Below the pieces are notes generated by a model, which saw only the letters and a list, made by a program, of their open reading frames with translations, did no database searches and was not told the origin of the DNA. From the NCBI GenBank assembly GCA_965224245.1, contig OZ245046.1:4192001-4256000 (forward strand): a DNA stretch of 64,000 nt, written 5' to 3'. Positions 1 through 9,190 of the stretch are shown here, in pieces. The stretch comes from Candidatus Eiseniibacteriota bacterium. GTDB lineage: Bacteria > Eisenbacteria > RBG-16-71-46 > CAZAMP01. The translations under genes and the position numbers were made by a program. Position 1 is the first letter of the stretch. Every line of letters begins with the position of its first letter.

Positions 1-696
1 GACGAGACGGACTGCGCGCCGGTGGCGCCCGTGCACGTGCTCCAGGTCCACGGCACGGCCGACACCGTCGTCCTGTACGACGGCGGGACGATCACCGGCG
101 TTCCCTATCCCGGCGCGGTGGAGAGCGTCGAGACGTGGGCCGCATACGACGGATGCACGCCGGTCGCGGACACCTCGGCCGATCCGATCGATCTGGACCG
201 CTCGATCCCCGGTGACGAGACGACGATCACGCGATACACGGACGCCTGCGATCCCGGCGGGTCGGCCGAGCTCTGGTCGATCGCCGGCGGCGCGCACTCG
301 CCACTTCTGGTCACCGATTTCTCGCACCGGATCATGCACTGGTTCTACGCGCATCCGAAGGGCGCGATCGTCGGCGTCGCCACGACCCCGGCGCTGGCGG
401 ATGCCCGGGGATCGATCCAGTTCGCCCCGAACCCGTTCCGGTCGAGCGCGCGGTTCGAGATCGCGATGCCGGGGGCCGGGACCGCCGTCGTGACCATCCA
501 CGACGTCGCGGGTCGCCTCGTGCACCGGTTCGAGTCCACCGCTTCCCCGAGCGGGCTCGTCACCGCACGCTGGAACGGCCGGACGACGGACGGCCGCGCC
601 GCGCCGGCCGGCGTGTACGTCGTCCGCGCCACATCGGGCGACGGCGCGTCCCATGGCGAGGTGCGAGCCGGGCGGGTCGTCCTCGTGGGGGAGTGA
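1..696 (+). CDS. 5'-truncated PHB-depolymerase/LpqC-like esterase with C-terminal FlgD-Ig/T9SS-CTD-like tail
   Basis: Frame open from base 1; motifs PVHVLQVHGTAD (catalytic Asp region) and IAGGAH (catalytic His); tail APNPFRS...HDVAGRLV...WNGRTTDGRAAPAGVYVVR. Confidence 0.75.
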   Translation, partial: DETDCAPVAPVHVLQVHGTADTVVLYDGGTITGVPYPGAVESVETWAAYDGCTPVADTSADPIDLDRSIPGDETTITRYTDACDPGGSAELWSIAGGAHSPLLVTDFSHRIMHWFYAHPKGAIVGVATTPALADARGSIQFAPNPFRSSARFEIAMPGAGTAVVTIHDVAGRLVHRFESTASPSGLVTARWNGRTTDGRAAPAGVYVVRATSGDGASHGEVRAGRVVLVGE

Positions 697-702
697 CCCC
701 CG

Positions 703-1221
703 GTGTCCCGGTCGTCCGCCGCGGTCACGGTGCGCGAGGCGAGATCCGGCGACGCGGCCGTGCTCACCGAGATCGCGCACGCCGCCAAGCGACACTGGGG
801 CTATCCCGAGGAGCTGATCGCGCTCTGGCGAGAGGATCTCTCGATCACGCCGGCGTCCATCGCCCGCGACGCGACCCTGATCGCCGAGATCGACGGCACA
901 CCGGTGGGCGTCGTCGCGATCTCGACCTGGCGTGAGGTTCCGGAGATCGAGCATCTCTGGGTGCGGCCCGAGCGGATGGGGCTGGGCATCGGCCGGCACC
1001 TCTACACGCTCGCGCTGGAGCGTGCGGCGCGGGCCGGAGCCTCGACGGTGGTCGTCGTCTCGGACCCCTACGCCGAGTCGTTCTATGTGCGGATGGGCGC
1101 AGTGCGCGTCGGAGACTCGCCGTCGATGCCGCCGGGGCGACGCCTCCCGCGTCTTCTGCACACGCTCACCATGCCGGGCCGGGACGCGTCGGTAGACAGA
1201 CCGCCGGGAGGCCGGCCGTGA
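703..1221 (+). CDS. GNAT family N-acetyltransferase
   Basis: LWVRPERMGLGIGRHL acetyl-CoA motif A; AESFYVRMG motif B; AKRHWGYPEE N-terminus. Confidence 0.9.
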   Translation: MSRSSAAVTVREARSGDAAVLTEIAHAAKRHWGYPEELIALWREDLSITPASIARDATLIAEIDGTPVGVVAISTWREVPEIEHLWVRPERMGLGIGRHLYTLALERAARAGASTVVVVSDPYAESFYVRMGAVRVGDSPSMPPGRRLPRLLHTLTMPGRDASVDRPPGGRP

Positions 1222-1727
1222 TCGCCGCCCCCGACCCGATCCGGATCCGCGCCTTCGTGCCGCCCGATCAGCGGTCGTGCGAGGACATCCTGCGCGGCCT
1301 CCCACAGTGGTTCGGGATCGAGCAGGCGATCGTCGAGTACGTGGCGTCGGTCGCGACGTTCGAGACCCTTGTCGCCGCGCGGGCCGACGCTGGCGACGCC
1401 GCGGCCTCCGACGTGATCGGCTTCCTGACCCTGCACACCCACAATCGCTATGCCGCCGAGATCCACGTGATGGCCGTCCGGGCCGGACACCACGGCAGCG
1501 GCATCGGTCGTCGTCTGGTCGAGCACGCCGAAGATCTGCTCAACGAGCGTGACGTCGAGTACCTTCACGTGAAGACGCTGGGTCCGTCGCGTCCGAACGA
1601 CGCGTACGCCAGGACGCGCGGCTTCTACCACGCGATGGGATTTCGTCCCATCGAGGAGAATCGTCTGTGGGGAGACGTCAATCCGTGCCTGATGCTGGTC
1701 AAGTACCTGCCCCGGGTCGGGCGCTGA
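1218..1727 (+). CDS. GNAT family N-acetyltransferase
   Basis: MAVRAGHHGSGIGRRL motif A; TRGFYHAMGF; GTGA overlap with upstream GNAT. Confidence 0.9.
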   Translation: MIAAPDPIRIRAFVPPDQRSCEDILRGLPQWFGIEQAIVEYVASVATFETLVAARADAGDAAASDVIGFLTLHTHNRYAAEIHVMAVRAGHHGSGIGRRLVEHAEDLLNERDVEYLHVKTLGPSRPNDAYARTRGFYHAMGFRPIEENRLWGDVNPCLMLVKYLPRVGR

Positions 1728-2755
1728 TCGAGGGCACCTTCACCCTCGCGGCCACGTGTGGCCTGGCGGCGATCGCGATCGCGGTCTGCCCGTCCGCGAG
1801 GGCCACCGTCCCCGTCGGAGACGGACCGATCGTCGTATCGCACTACGAGCCGGCGTCGGGCCTCGTGCGCATCGGACCCGAGCCCGAGCGGGCGATCGAG
1901 CGCGTCGAGCGCGGCCACACACTGCTGTTGCCGCCGGGGAACCGGAACGCGCGCGGGATCGTCGTGTTCCTCGATGGATGGCCGGTCGACGCGGATGCGA
2001 GCCTCGCATCGGACGGCGGCTTCGACCGGTCCGCCCTGGCTCGCGACGTCGGGGTCCTGCACGTCACGACCGGCGACCCGCTGGACTTCCTCTTCGAGGA
2101 CACGGACGTGGCCGAGCTCGTCGATCGCGTCCAGGCGATCCTCCTCGAAGAGGACCTCCGGAACGTACCGGTGTTCCTCGCCGGCATGTCCCTCGGGGGC
2201 ACGCGCGCGGCCAGGCTGGCCGTGTACCTTCATACCCATCGTCAGGACGTGTGGCTTCGCGCGGCGGGACTCGCGATGGTGGATGCGCCTCTGGACATGG
2301 TTCGGTTCTGGCACTCCGAGACGCGCGCCGCGAGGGTGAACGCACACCCGGCGGCCGCCGACGAGGGGCGCTGGGTGACCTACCTGCTCGAGACGCACCT
2401 CGGTGGCTCACCGGACACCGCCCGCGATCGCTTCGTTGCCTACTCGCCGTTCGTCCACGGTGAGCCCTCGGGCGGCAACGCGGCCCATCTCCGGGAGATT
2501 CCGGTTCGGGCCTACCACGAGCCCGACGTGGACTGGTGGATCGAGAACCGGCGCAAGGACTACTACAGCATGAACTCCATCGATCTCGCCGCGCTCGTGA
2601 CCGAGCTCCTCGTGATGGGCAACGATCACGCCGAGCTGATCACGACGCACGCCGCGCGGGCAGAGTACCCGGACGCGTCGCCGCACACGTGGTCGATCGT
2701 CGACGACGGCGAGCTCGTGGAGTGGTTCCTGTCCTCGATCGAGCGCGACCGCTGA
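1685..2755 (+). CDS. Secreted alpha/beta hydrolase (start uncertain, 1667-1724)
   Basis: Nucleophile elbow AGMSLGG; C-terminal HTWSIVD His; hydrophobic N-terminal segment ending SARA. Confidence 0.7.
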   Translation: MPDAGQVPAPGRALIEGTFTLAATCGLAAIAIAVCPSARATVPVGDGPIVVSHYEPASGLVRIGPEPERAIERVERGHTLLLPPGNRNARGIVVFLDGWPVDADASLASDGGFDRSALARDVGVLHVTTGDPLDFLFEDTDVAELVDRVQAILLEEDLRNVPVFLAGMSLGGTRAARLAVYLHTHRQDVWLRAAGLAMVDAPLDMVRFWHSETRAARVNAHPAAADEGRWVTYLLETHLGGSPDTARDRFVAYSPFVHGEPSGGNAAHLREIPVRAYHEPDVDWWIENRRKDYYSMNSIDLAALVTELLVMGNDHAELITTHAARAEYPDASPHTWSIVDDGELVEWFLSSIERDR

Positions 2756-2782
2756 CCCGCGAGGACGTCTCGAGCGACCGGC

Positions 2783-3802
2783 TCAGGGTGGTGACGCCGG
2801 GAACGTGACCTCGTCCGGGCCCGAGCCTTGCACCTCGGCCGCCAGGTTCGCCAGCAGGATGAGCCCCGCCCCGGTCAGCGCCATCGGCGTCAGCGTGCTT
2901 CCCACGGCCACGAACGCGAACGCCGACGCGAACACCGGCTCGGCGAGGTAGACGATCGCGGCCCGCGTGGGCGTCACCGCCGGCTGGAACGCGAACACGA
3001 TCCCGTAGGCCAGGACCGTCGAGACGAGGGTCACCTCCACCAGATTCAGCCAGATCGCATGGCTTCCGAGGAGTCCGCCGAACGAGAGAGCCACGCTGTC
3101 GGTGCCGGTCGCCAGAATGCGCCCGAGAGTCGGTGGCATCAGCGCCTCACCGTGACCCATGGCCGCCACCGTGATGGCGCTCGCGATCCCCACGATCGTG
3201 AACTGGAGCCAGGTCAGGACGTCGATGTTCTCGCCCGGCGCGACGTGGTTGTACACGATGATGTGCACGCCGAAGAACACCGCGCACATGAGACCGAGCA
3301 GCTCGCCGATGCCGAAGCCGGTCGGGGTGGCGCCCGTCATCATCCAGATCCCGGTCGTGGCCAGGCCGACCGCGACCCACATCACCGGCCGGGGCGGCCG
3401 GCGCAGGGCGAACGTCATCGTCAGGGGCACGATCACGACCGTGAGGCTGGTCAGGAACGCGCTGACCGCCTCGCTGGTGTATCCCAGGCCGACGACCTGG
3501 GCGATGCTCGACAGCCACAGCACGAGACCGACCACGAGCCCGCGCCGGATCGTGGCCCGGGAGCTCGCGGCCAGCGCGGCGAGGGTGCCCGGCCGGAATA
3601 CCAGCCACAGCACCGCCGCGGCCAGGAAGCGAACCGCCATGAAGAAGACCGGACCCACGACGTCGGTCTCGCCGAGGCCGAGGGCGGCGTTCACGCCCGC
3701 GCCTCCCCGCTTGATCCACGTGAACGAGCAGCCCCAGAACGCGGTGGCCAGCACGAGGGCCGTGACGGCCGCCCGATGTGAGGATTGGCGCGCCGTGGTC
3801 AA
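2783..3802 (-). CDS. DMT/EamA family transporter
   Basis: LATAFWGCSF, AVRFLAA, SAFLTSLTVVIVP, AIVYLAEPVFA; about 10 hydrophobic segments; start set at TTG 3802 (upstream part of the ORF-track call looks non-coding). Confidence 0.9.
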   Translation of the reverse strand: MTTARQSSHRAAVTALVLATAFWGCSFTWIKRGGAGVNAALGLGETDVVGPVFFMAVRFLAAAVLWLVFRPGTLAALAASSRATIRRGLVVGLVLWLSSIAQVVGLGYTSEAVSAFLTSLTVVIVPLTMTFALRRPPRPVMWVAVGLATTGIWMMTGATPTGFGIGELLGLMCAVFFGVHIIVYNHVAPGENIDVLTWLQFTIVGIASAITVAAMGHGEALMPPTLGRILATGTDSVALSFGGLLGSHAIWLNLVEVTLVSTVLAYGIVFAFQPAVTPTRAAIVYLAEPVFASAFAFVAVGSTLTPMALTGAGLILLANLAAEVQGSGPDEVTFPASPP

Positions 3803-4259
3803 GAGTCGCCGAACCGGGTCTCGAACGCCATGCGACGGACCGGGTGCGCGCCGGGCGGCCGGGGGTCGCTCGGCCGGAGGACGGGGATCCCGTGAGTCTT
3901 CGTGTCCAGGGCTGCATCTATCCGATGGGACATGCCCCGCCGGAGATGGCCGGGGCCGCCGGTCCCGGGCGAAGCCTCGGGGGCGGCGAACGTCGCCTGG
4001 GCCGGCGATCCCGCCCCGGTCGTGGAAGCGGGAAGCGGGAGGATCACGCGTGGAATCACGGTCCGGCGCCTCCTCACCGACGGCGCGCGCGATGTCGGAA
4101 GTGACGGGCCACGTCGGCGTCGGAGCCCGCGAACGCAAGAGAGAGTGAGAGATCGGGCGGTCGAGGTCAAGTCGGGTGCCCGGCGCACGTTGACCGGGGG
4201 ATGCGGCCTCCGTATCCTCATCGGCCTTCGATCCCACGTCACCACAGCGAGAGGAACCC

Positions 4260-5240
4260 ATGCTCTGGACCCACTCCATCCGTCCCCGGTCGAGGGCCAT
4301 GTTCGTGTGGACGGCGCTCCTCACCGCCATCGGCGCCCTCACCTGGCCGGCGGCCGCGCGTGACCGCGAGCCGATCTCGGCCGGCGAGGCCTTCTGGAAC
4401 ACGTGGAGCGACGGACGGGCCGAGCTGGATGGCTACCGCGTCAGGACGCCGCGCTACGGCCAGCCGCGCGACGGTCACGTCGTTCTGATCTACGTCACCG
4501 AGGAGATGAACAAGCGAACGCTGATCAAGGACGACACCGGACGCGTGCCTCCCGGCGACAAGGAAGTCGTCATGAAGCTCAATCACACGCTGACCTTCCG
4601 CACCGGCATCTATCCGTACTCGGTGATGACGAGCGTCTTCTCGCCGGTCGGTTCGGACGGAACACGCGAGCAGTTCGCGCCGGTCAAGATCTCGTTCACG
4701 GCCCAGGAGTGGTGCGGGCACGTCTATCACACGCTCGAGCCCACGGCCGAGGCGTTCGAGAGCGAGATCCGATCGTACTTCTCGTCCGAAGGGGATGCGA
4801 ACACGACTCGCGTGACCGAGCCGTTCACGCTGTACGAGGACGCGCTGTGGATTCAGCTCCGCGAGCTGGACGGGCCGTTCGAGGGCGGCGGGGACTGGAG
4901 CGGTGAGCTGGTACCGTCGATGTGGTCCGCCCGACGCGCACATCGACCGCTGGAGCCGGTGGCGGCCACGATCACCCGGGCGACGACGACCGTCGAGGGC
5001 ACACCGGTCACGCGCTTCACGCTGCGCTACGGCGACTTCACCCGGGAGTTCGACGTCGAGTCCGGCGGCGCGCGTCGCATCCTGGCCTGGCGCACCTCCG
5101 AGGGTGAGGAGGCCGTGCTGACCGGCAGCACGCGCCTGCCCTACTGGCAGCTCAACGACGTGGGTGACGAGCGATACCTCGCGGAGATCGGTCTGATCCC
5201 GACCTCGATGAGGACCGACGAGGATGGCACAGCCCGCTGA
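4260..5240 (+). CDS. Secreted conserved hypothetical protein (W..GRAEL.GY / AQEWCGH motifs)
   Basis: GAGGA RBS; signal peptide ending WPAAA; strong GC3 codon bias; no catalytic family recognised. Confidence 0.75.
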   Translation: MLWTHSIRPRSRAMFVWTALLTAIGALTWPAAARDREPISAGEAFWNTWSDGRAELDGYRVRTPRYGQPRDGHVVLIYVTEEMNKRTLIKDDTGRVPPGDKEVVMKLNHTLTFRTGIYPYSVMTSVFSPVGSDGTREQFAPVKISFTAQEWCGHVYHTLEPTAEAFESEIRSYFSSEGDANTTRVTEPFTLYEDALWIQLRELDGPFEGGGDWSGELVPSMWSARRAHRPLEPVAATITRATTTVEGTPVTRFTLRYGDFTREFDVESGGARRILAWRTSEGEEAVLTGSTRLPYWQLNDVGDERYLAEIGLIPTSMRTDEDGTAR

Positions 5241-5431
5241 CCGCGCCGATGACCGCCCCGCCAGTCACAAGCTTCTTCGACAAATCGACTTACCAAAAAC
5301 CGAGCCGTGCGGCTCAACATGTCATTTAATCATGGACCGACATTGCGCCGGTTATTTGATGCATTCTCGTGGTACGCTTACTCCACGCTCGCTCGACGAG
5401 TCCCGCGCCACAAGTCCGCACCGGAGGAAGC

Positions 5432-8400
5432 ATGCCGGCAACGCTCGATCGCCGATCCGGAGGTGCCTCAGGCCTCGCGACCGTCATCGGCCTGTTGGTT
5501 TCCGTCACCCTGGTATCCACGACCTTCGCAGCCACCGTTCGTACGCCCCGTACCGGCGAGACCATCGCGCTCGCGCCGGCCCGGACCGCCGGGGCCTGCG
5601 TCCCCCTCCAGGAGGACGACGGATCGTACGAGAACGCCTATGCGCTGAACTTCACGGACGTGGCCGCGCCCGACGTCGGGGCGTTCGCGAAGTACTTTCA
5701 CTCGCCGTTTCCCGACGCCGCGGTGTCGCTGTGCAGCGTCTCGCTCCAGTTCACCGCGCTCGCGTCGTTTCCCCAGGACGACGCCACGTTCGACGTCCGC
5801 ATCTACTCGCACGACGGCTCCGGCCCGGGCGATCTCCTGACGGTCCGGTACGGCATCGACCCCGGACCGATCGCGCTCTGGCCCGCCATCACGACCGTGA
5901 CCGTCGACTTCTTCGGGGTCGAGATCCCGACCGACGAGTTCTGGGTGGCGTTCTGGGGCGACTGGCCGGGCGCCGAGCTGGAGTGGTTCCTGGCCGCCGA
6001 CCAGAACGGCGCCTTTCCACCCGTCCTCGATCACGTGAACGACAGCGCACTGGGGTGGATCCCGGTCGAGAGTCATCCCGAGTTCCCGTCCTGCCGGAAC
6101 GTCGGCATCCGCTGCGAGGTGGAGCCCCCGACCGGACGCGCTCCCCTTCCGGTCATCGGTGACGAGGTCGCCATCGATCTCGGATGCGGCGCGTACTCCA
6201 ACCCCGGCCCCGACCCGCTGCTCGTCTGCACGACGACGGTGACGGCCACGGATCCCGAGACACCGTGGGTCCGCGTCCACTTCGACCAGCTGGACATCGG
6301 CGCCTACGACTACCTCGTGATCTCCGACCAGCTCGGCGAGTCGTACAGGATCGAAGGTCGCGAGGCCCCCCTCTGGCCCACCGAGTACTACTCGCTGGCC
6401 GTGGACGGACCCGAGGCGACGGTCGAGCTGTGGGCGGTCCCCGGCAGCAGCGGGGGCGGCATCCACCTGGACTTCTACGACGCCGGCCGATCGGACTCGC
6501 ACGTCGACCGCTCGATCTGCGGCAGCGACGACCGCGGGGTCGCCACCTCGAAGCCTACCGGCCGGATGCGGATCAAGGACAAGAACGGCGTGACCTACGT
6601 GGGCACCGCGTTCCTGATCAGCGAGAACGGGTGCTACCTCTCGGCCGGCCACAACTTCGACGACGTGGACCTGACCGACCCGGGCAACATCGTCATGGAG
6701 CACAACACGCCCGCGTCCACCGCGGGCGGCTCGCCGAAGCCGGCGAAGGCCGAGGATCAGTACAAGCTGGATCCGTCGGTCCCGCCGTGCTGGAAGTCGA
6801 ACGGCGAGGGGGACGACTATGCCGTGTTCAAGGTCAAGCCCAACGAGAAGACGAAGAAGACGCCGGGTACCGCCCAGGGCCTCTACTACCCGCTGAAGTC
6901 GGCCGCGCCCGATTCGGGGTCGTCGGCCAAGGTCGTCGGATACGGGAAGGACGACGGCGCGTCGAGCTTCACCCAGCAGGAGCACACGGGCATGGTGACC
7001 GGCGTCACCGGGACCCGCATCAACCACAACGCCGACACCAGGGTTGGCAACTCGGGCAGCCCGATCCTGAACTCGAACGGCGGCGTCGTGGGCATCCACA
7101 CGAACGGTGGCTGCAAGCCCGACGGCACGGGCTCGAACTCGGGAACCGTCATCACCGCCCCCGACCTCCAGGCCTGCATCAACCAGGTGTGCCCGAAGGA
7201 CGACGTCTTGCCCCCGCTCGGCGACGACCTGATCACGATCACGTGCACGGGCGATCTGACGGTGCCGGATCTGGGCATCAGCCAGAGCGTCACGCTGACC
7301 GGCAGCATGGTCATGCACCGCGAGTCCCCGATCAGCATCGGCGGTCTCGGCACGGTCGACTTCACGATCTCGGGCTTCCAGGCCAGCGGGCTCACGGCGA
7401 TGGGGCCGGTCGAGCTGACCTCGCCCGCGTTCAGCGTGCCCAGCGGGGAAGCGTCGCAGATCGATCCCCTGGTGTTTGTACCGCTCAGCTATCTGTGCGA
7501 GCTGCCACTGGCGCTGCGCCTGCCGACCCCGTGGGCACCGTTCCCGGCACCGTTCCCGATTCTGCTCTCCGGGGAGTTCACGTCGTTCCCGATCTGGGAC
7601 TCGGCGGACCTGATCGCACCGCCCGACCCGATCCCGTTCGTCGACGAGGACGAGATCGTCCGGGCGACGCTCTCGAACCTCGTCATCGATCCCGCGCCGC
7701 CGACGTTCTGCCACACGGTGGATGCGGCGACGCTGGAGCTGGTGACGAATCCGCTGCCCCCGACCTCGCTCGTGATGGAGACACCCGGCGGGCTCGGCAT
7801 CCGGCCCCACCCGGAGGAATGGAGCACCGGAACGAGCCGCTGGATCGCACCGTTCGACGTGTCGGGCGTCGACCTCCTCTTCTCGAGCGACCCGGCGTAC
7901 CAGGAGGTGAAGGTGGCGGTCGGCCCATCGGGGACGTCGTTCGGTGAGCTCGTGCAGTCGCTCTACCGGACGTACCCGTCGGACGCCCTCGAGAGCGTCG
8001 AGCTGCGGGTCGAGGTGCAGAGCCTCGGATCGACGTTCGAGACGGTCGCACCGTTGCCCGTCGTCTCGAGCGGTACCGGGGTCTCCGGCTTGCCGTTCCT
8101 GCCGGGCGACTCGTTCCAGAGCCTCGGTGGCACGGGGCTCGTTCAGCTCCCGGCGCCGGACGGCGTCGGACGCATCGACGGGTCCGCGGCGCGCGATCGC
8201 GGCATCGACGGGTCGATCACGTCGCTCGCGTTCACGGTCGGCGACGTCTTTCCGTGGCAGCCGCTCCCCGATCCTGGCGTGAGCCAGTACTGCGTGTCCG
8301 TCGAGGTGCACATGAACCTCGACGCGTTCGGTCCGCTCTCGTTCGAGTCACGCGGCTACTTCGACGTTCAGCGAGGCCCCGTAGAGCCCCTTCCGGGCGG

Positions 8401-9142
8401 CCTCATTCAGGTCGAGATCGTGGCATTGCGGCTCGAGAGCATCGACCCGTTTCATCCAGAGGGGCCGATCCAGTTCCACCTGGATCCGGTCGCGCCACCA
8501 GCAAACGGAACCGCCATGCAGAGCGCGCGCCCGGCTCCGTTCCCGATGGACGCGGATCTCTTTCCGTGGCCTCGGATCATCATCCCCGGCCTGGGGCTCG
8601 ATCTGCACACGCAGGACGCGCCGCTCCTCGAGTCGACGTGGCCGGCGCTGCCGTCCTACGCGCCGTGGACGCTCGCGGGCCCGGTGGGGCTCTACGACGA
8701 GCGGGACCTCCTGGTCGGGACGATCGAGTCGATCATCCTGCAGCCGTGGCTGCCGTACGAGCCGGTCGGCGGCGGTCGTCACGCCAAGGGCCCCGGAACG
8801 CCGGACTGCTTCGCGCTGGATCCGCTCGGCACCGACGAGCCGGTTCTGCCGGGCGACATCCCGCAGGTGGCGCTCCGCGCGTTGACGCCGAACCCGTTCC
8901 GGGGCGCCACCGTCCTGACCTTCGACGTCACCGAGGACGGACCGGTGACGCTCCGCGTGTACGACGTCGGCGGCCGCCGGGTGCGTACGCTGGTCGACGC
9001 CGATCTGCGCGGTCCCGTTCGCCGGACGGTCGCCTGGGACGGAACCGACGACCGCGGCCACGAGGTCGATTCGGGCGTGTACTTCTTCCGTCTGGATGCC
9101 GGAGGCGAGACACGGAGCCGCAAAGGGCTGCTTCTGCGCTAG
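5432..9142 (+). CDS. Large secreted S1 (trypsin-like) serine protease with CUB-like pro-region, three divergent ~170-aa beta-rich repeats and FlgD-Ig/CTD tail
   Basis: GGAGG RBS before ATG 5432; triad SAGHN / DDYAV / GNSGSP; RSICGSDDR activation-like site; tail TPNPFRG...YDVGGRRVRTL...WDGTDDRGHEVDSGVYFFR. Confidence 0.85.
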   Translation: MPATLDRRSGGASGLATVIGLLVSVTLVSTTFAATVRTPRTGETIALAPARTAGACVPLQEDDGSYENAYALNFTDVAAPDVGAFAKYFHSPFPDAAVSLCSVSLQFTALASFPQDDATFDVRIYSHDGSGPGDLLTVRYGIDPGPIALWPAITTVTVDFFGVEIPTDEFWVAFWGDWPGAELEWFLAADQNGAFPPVLDHVNDSALGWIPVESHPEFPSCRNVGIRCEVEPPTGRAPLPVIGDEVAIDLGCGAYSNPGPDPLLVCTTTVTATDPETPWVRVHFDQLDIGAYDYLVISDQLGESYRIEGREAPLWPTEYYSLAVDGPEATVELWAVPGSSGGGIHLDFYDAGRSDSHVDRSICGSDDRGVATSKPTGRMRIKDKNGVTYVGTAFLISENGCYLSAGHNFDDVDLTDPGNIVMEHNTPASTAGGSPKPAKAEDQYKLDPSVPPCWKSNGEGDDYAVFKVKPNEKTKKTPGTAQGLYYPLKSAAPDSGSSAKVVGYGKDDGASSFTQQEHTGMVTGVTGTRINHNADTRVGNSGSPILNSNGGVVGIHTNGGCKPDGTGSNSGTVITAPDLQACINQVCPKDDVLPPLGDDLITITCTGDLTVPDLGISQSVTLTGSMVMHRESPISIGGLGTVDFTISGFQASGLTAMGPVELTSPAFSVPSGEASQIDPLVFVPLSYLCELPLALRLPTPWAPFPAPFPILLSGEFTSFPIWDSADLIAPPDPIPFVDEDEIVRATLSNLVIDPAPPTFCHTVDAATLELVTNPLPPTSLVMETPGGLGIRPHPEEWSTGTSRWIAPFDVSGVDLLFSSDPAYQEVKVAVGPSGTSFGELVQSLYRTYPSDALESVELRVEVQSLGSTFETVAPLPVVSSGTGVSGLPFLPGDSFQSLGGTGLVQLPAPDGVGRIDGSAARDRGIDGSITSLAFTVGDVFPWQPLPDPGVSQYCVSVEVHMNLDAFGPLSFESRGYFDVQRGPVEPLPGGLIQVEIVALRLESIDPFHPEGPIQFHLDPVAPPANGTAMQSARPAPFPMDADLFPWPRIIIPGLGLDLHTQDAPLLESTWPALPSYAPWTLAGPVGLYDERDLLVGTIESIILQPWLPYEPVGGGRHAKGPGTPDCFALDPLGTDEPVLPGDIPQVALRALTPNPFRGATVLTFDVTEDGPVTLRVYDVGGRRVRTLVDADLRGPVRRTVAWDGTDDRGHEVDSGVYFFRLDAGGETRSRKGLLLR

Positions 9143-9154
9143 CAGAAGCGTCCG

Positions 9155-9190
9155 CGGGGCCACCCTCAGCGGGGAGGGTGGTCCCGTCTT
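9155..9190. terminator. 13-bp hairpin between convergent genes (probable bidirectional terminator)
   Basis: CGGGGCCACCCTC-AGCGGG-GAGGGTGGTCCCG (one G-U pair) followed by TCTT; weak U-tract. Confidence 0.55.

Noticed and set aside
5468-8311. Very long antisense or alternate-frame ORFs (e.g. 5468-8311, 14014-16575, 18924-21368, 47268-49220)
   Set aside because: Arg/Pro/Gly-rich shadows of real genes, expected at high GC; no motifs
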